This document shows positions 60,754 to 64,000 of a stretch of 64,000 nucleotides of DNA, in pieces. A program made the translations under genes and the position numbers. The notes beneath the pieces are model-generated. The model was not told the origin of the DNA, did not search any database, and saw only the letters and a list, made by a program, of their open reading frames with translations. How positions within the stretch are numbered: the stretch's first letter is position 1; every line of letters starts with the position of its first letter. This DNA is from Magallana gigas (Eukaryota), in assembly GCF_963853765.1 (NCBI RefSeq), contig NC_088855.1, positions 51,274,001 to 51,338,000 on the forward strand, given 5' to 3'.

Positions 60754-62487
60754 CTTGACATGCTGCAAAAACAATGGAAGCAAGTTAATAGAAAACATTT
60801 CTTTTGTACCTCATAAACAGACACACCGTTCATCATGACAATTGCTGCAAAAACAACATATGCAATTTAACTTAAATCACTGTCTTTCTAAATACTCTGT
60901 GAAGTTGAAACCTGTGAAGTATTAAAATAAGAGCTAACAGGACTTTGGAGTTTGATAAACGCGATATATGAAACCTTCAGGAAAAAAAAGAACAATATAT
61001 CAATAAAGTCTAAAACTTTTAAACATCGGGGATTCAATATTACATTGTCAACATATCGGGTTAGGCCGAGGTGGGGTGACACATTACCAATACATAAATG
61101 GAGACCTATCAATCCACTACTCTGCAAGCATTGATCTCTTGAACAGTGTTATGGCCAACATCAAAACATAGCTGATGTTGTACTACAGATTTATTGACAA
61201 GTTTTCCAGTCAACCTTACTCATTTGTCAAACAAGTTTGAATATGAGACACCCCATGTAGAGATCCCGATTTTTTTCAAGTTTGAATTCAACCCTTACGA
61301 AACCTTGTTGCTTTTTTTGTTTTATCCTTCAACTAAAGGTTTCTGTGTACCTATAGCTAACACAGAGGGGAATGAACCTATATAATTATTTGTAAAACTA
61401 TCTCCAATTACCTGACAGATCAAAGTCGGTAGGTAGTGACTTATGATTCAATTCCTTGCAAATTACACTCTCTGTCAATAAAAAGTATCTGGGGAAACTG
61501 TTGCACTGTACTTAATATGAATTAAATACTGAACCCATTCTTATAACATATGTGGCATTATACATATTAATCATTTACCAGTACATACTTGATTTTAATG
61601 AGCCGACAGAATTGGAGAGTTTTTATCTGATTTTCGCTTAAAAATACAAGATGAGAGTTTAACCACTCACCTAAAGTATCATTGACACATTAATCCCCAA
61701 TAATCCATATAATGCAGTTTATACGGATCAATTCAACTCAATCCTCTTTTTAAAATAAAAACGTTCATGTTTATCTATGAATTTTAAAATATATTCAGAT
61801 CCACATTGTGAAAATAACAGATAATTGAGGTTTTCCGTCCATTTAAAAAAGAGACAAGTTATAACAAATCAAATTTGCCACTAAGTGTATGCCTGCAGAA
61901 AAGAGACACTTTCAGATAGAAGATCTATAGTAGAGAGCCACGGGACACTGCACTTATTAGAGAACAATGCCAGAAAAGCTTTCAATATTTCAACATTGAG
62001 CCTCAGATCGTAGAAGTTATTTCCATTGTCTTCGCTAGCTATCAGTAGTGAAATATATCATTTTTGAAGATATTCACTGCTAGAGCCTTGGCAGGAACTG
62101 ACCCGAGAACTTTTCTGGTTTCGATAATTGATGAGTTTAATATATCAGTGTAGACAAACAAAAAAGCTAACAATCTATAAATGCCTCTGTAGAAATTTTT
62201 TTTGGCTGCCAGATTCCATTTAAACCTTGGCATCCACATGTGATACCATTAATCTAAAAAGGTATTCGACAAAATGAAAGCCACATTCATTTCATTAACT
62301 CCAAGGCAGAAATAATCAAAAGTACAATTTATTCAGCCTCACATTTGAGTTTATGACTTAAAATCTTAAATCATTTTGAAGAATATATATAGTCACACCC
62401 TATGAAATACCAAGTCACACTTACTCTGAGCTCCTACTTGATTAAAACTTCAGTATACAAGTGTTGTTTAATTGTGATGAACTACAA

Positions 62488-62714
62488 TACTGTAGATTCC
62501 TAATTAAACGTGTGGAATTAATATCCGCGTAAAATCGATAGAGGCACCCCTCATGGATTTTAAAATCTCGCTTTAATTTTCTGAGAGATGAGAACAACAA
62601 GAAATTAGGATAAAACTTCTACATTTGCAATTTTTTTTTCTCGCGATTTGATACAAAACGGGGAAATCGCTACATTTAATACATGTACTCGCGTAAAATA
62701 AGGAATTTACAGTA
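62488..62714. mobile_element. MITE (TA-flanked), 227 bp, same family as 32676-32908
   Basis: TIR TACTGTAGATTCCT versus reverse complement TACTGTAAATTCCT (1 mismatch). Confidence 0.85.
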
Positions 62715-64000
62715 GTCTGTGCATTGTCTGCAAGCTTGTCCTTTCTGTGACTCCCTCTAAGCTAACTAGTGACAGAGAGTTGAAGGCTTGATCATCTACT
62801 CCGAGGATAAAGAACACTTCACTCAATCAGTGTCGCTATACAGTTTCTAGCCTGCCCTTCCTCTCCATCAGGCTCGGATCTTAAAGATGAGTGACTGGGC
62901 AACAAATATTTCCCCAACAAGCAAAACATAAATGACATGATTGCATGAACTTCTTTAAACATACTTTGAAAAATTTGCTAGTAATTTTATATGAGATTAC
63001 AGGCCATGAGAAAAGAACAGGATGGATATGTTTTGCTGTTATTTGCATGGTATTTATGATATCTATTATTTGACCTTGAGATTAAAAGCAAGGTCATTAA
63101 TTCAGCCTTAGAATCATAGCTAGTTTTTATATATGGAGGCCATCCTTATAAATACAATTCCCATCACTTGAGAAATACAGATTGTTCCAAACAACATCAT
63201 TTAACAACTTATATCTCATAAAAGAAAATTGTTACGTCTGTCCTGTCATTAGAATATATAGATATATAATATAAAATCATTTGGTAAAATGATAGGCCTA
63301 ATCAGACACCACAATGATGACAACTCTATTTTTAAAAATCTACACATCTGTTCAAAAGATATTGATGTCTTCATGCACAGTTTGTATTGAAAGAACACAT
63401 AGAGGTGCTCTTATCTGTGCATGATCTCAATGCATTGACATGCTATATAGTCATCCAACATTTTAAATGATCAAGGTTTTCTTTCAACATGAGTTCAAAT
63501 ATTGAATGAATAAATTGATGATGAATATGAATCATCTGTAACTGAACTGCACTCTGTGCAAAAGAATGCAAAACAATTATACTGTGTGAGAGAACAGCTA
63601 ATACTGCATAATTAAACCTGTTTATATGGTCAGCAGGTCTTTTCCCATTAATTACGGTTGCAAAAGGCACTTGCTGTGAAATACCACATTTCACAGCCAA
63701 GAAAACTGTATATATGGAGGTTTCAACTCTATTAAATTCAAAGCAAAATTTCTTCATTCTATAAACTTTAAATGCCAGTCAGAAAGGCAACTTTGTGCGC
63801 ATTGATCCCCACTGAAGCTCAATAAGTGCCCATTTGGAATGTCAACGGCTTGAGAAATTCAAGTACTGCGCATTATGAACCGGGTAATTTAATGATACAC
63901 TGTCAAAACCATTTTACAAAGAAAACCCAACATTAAGTCTGAGATAGTTATTGTATATATACAGACACTGAATAGATCATTTATGGTATCCAGTAGATCA

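Noticed and set aside
61870-62240. Two adjacent open frames on the - strand that could form a frameshifted ~120-aa relic
   Set aside because: No recognisable motif or coherent splice sites; cannot be distinguished from chance.
1-64000. tRNA, rRNA or intact transposase/reverse-transcriptase genes
   Set aside because: No cloverleaf, rRNA signature or long TE ORF was seen by eye. tRNAscan-SE and Infernal were not run.

Overview
AT-rich, intron-rich eukaryotic genomic DNA, most likely Pacific oyster (Magallana/Crassostrea gigas). That assignment is an inference from the 166-bp satellite-carrying Helentron-type element at the left edge. I rebuilt three spliced protein-coding genes by hand from GT-AG sites and codon-phase continuity. 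(1) A 5'-incomplete + strand gene (~3.8-17.4 kb) encoding a Pro/Glu/Lys-rich protein that ends in a degenerate EF-hand-like pair. (2) A 23-exon - strand gene (40643->19701, ~1246 aa) with a Ser/Pro/Arg-rich N-terminus and a long coiled coil. (3) A 12-exon - strand gene (60753->44032, ~1286 aa) with a 2.8-kb last exon that carries an ITPRID/KRAP/TESPA1-like 'EPDQILYNLGFG..LPERF' motif. Introns contain several MITE-like elements, minisatellites and a 194-N gap. No prokaryotic features, CRISPR arrays, rRNA or tRNA were seen. The most notable observations concern splice-site evolution and protein motifs. A MITE is inserted into the TA of a splice donor and rewrites it. A 28-bp minisatellite is built from an exon end plus its donor. 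Gene 2 has a pair of paralogous alternative last exons. An acceptor is duplicated in gene 3, and gene 3 also has a 15-aa motif repeated on three separate exons. All gene models are manual, without expression data or database searches.
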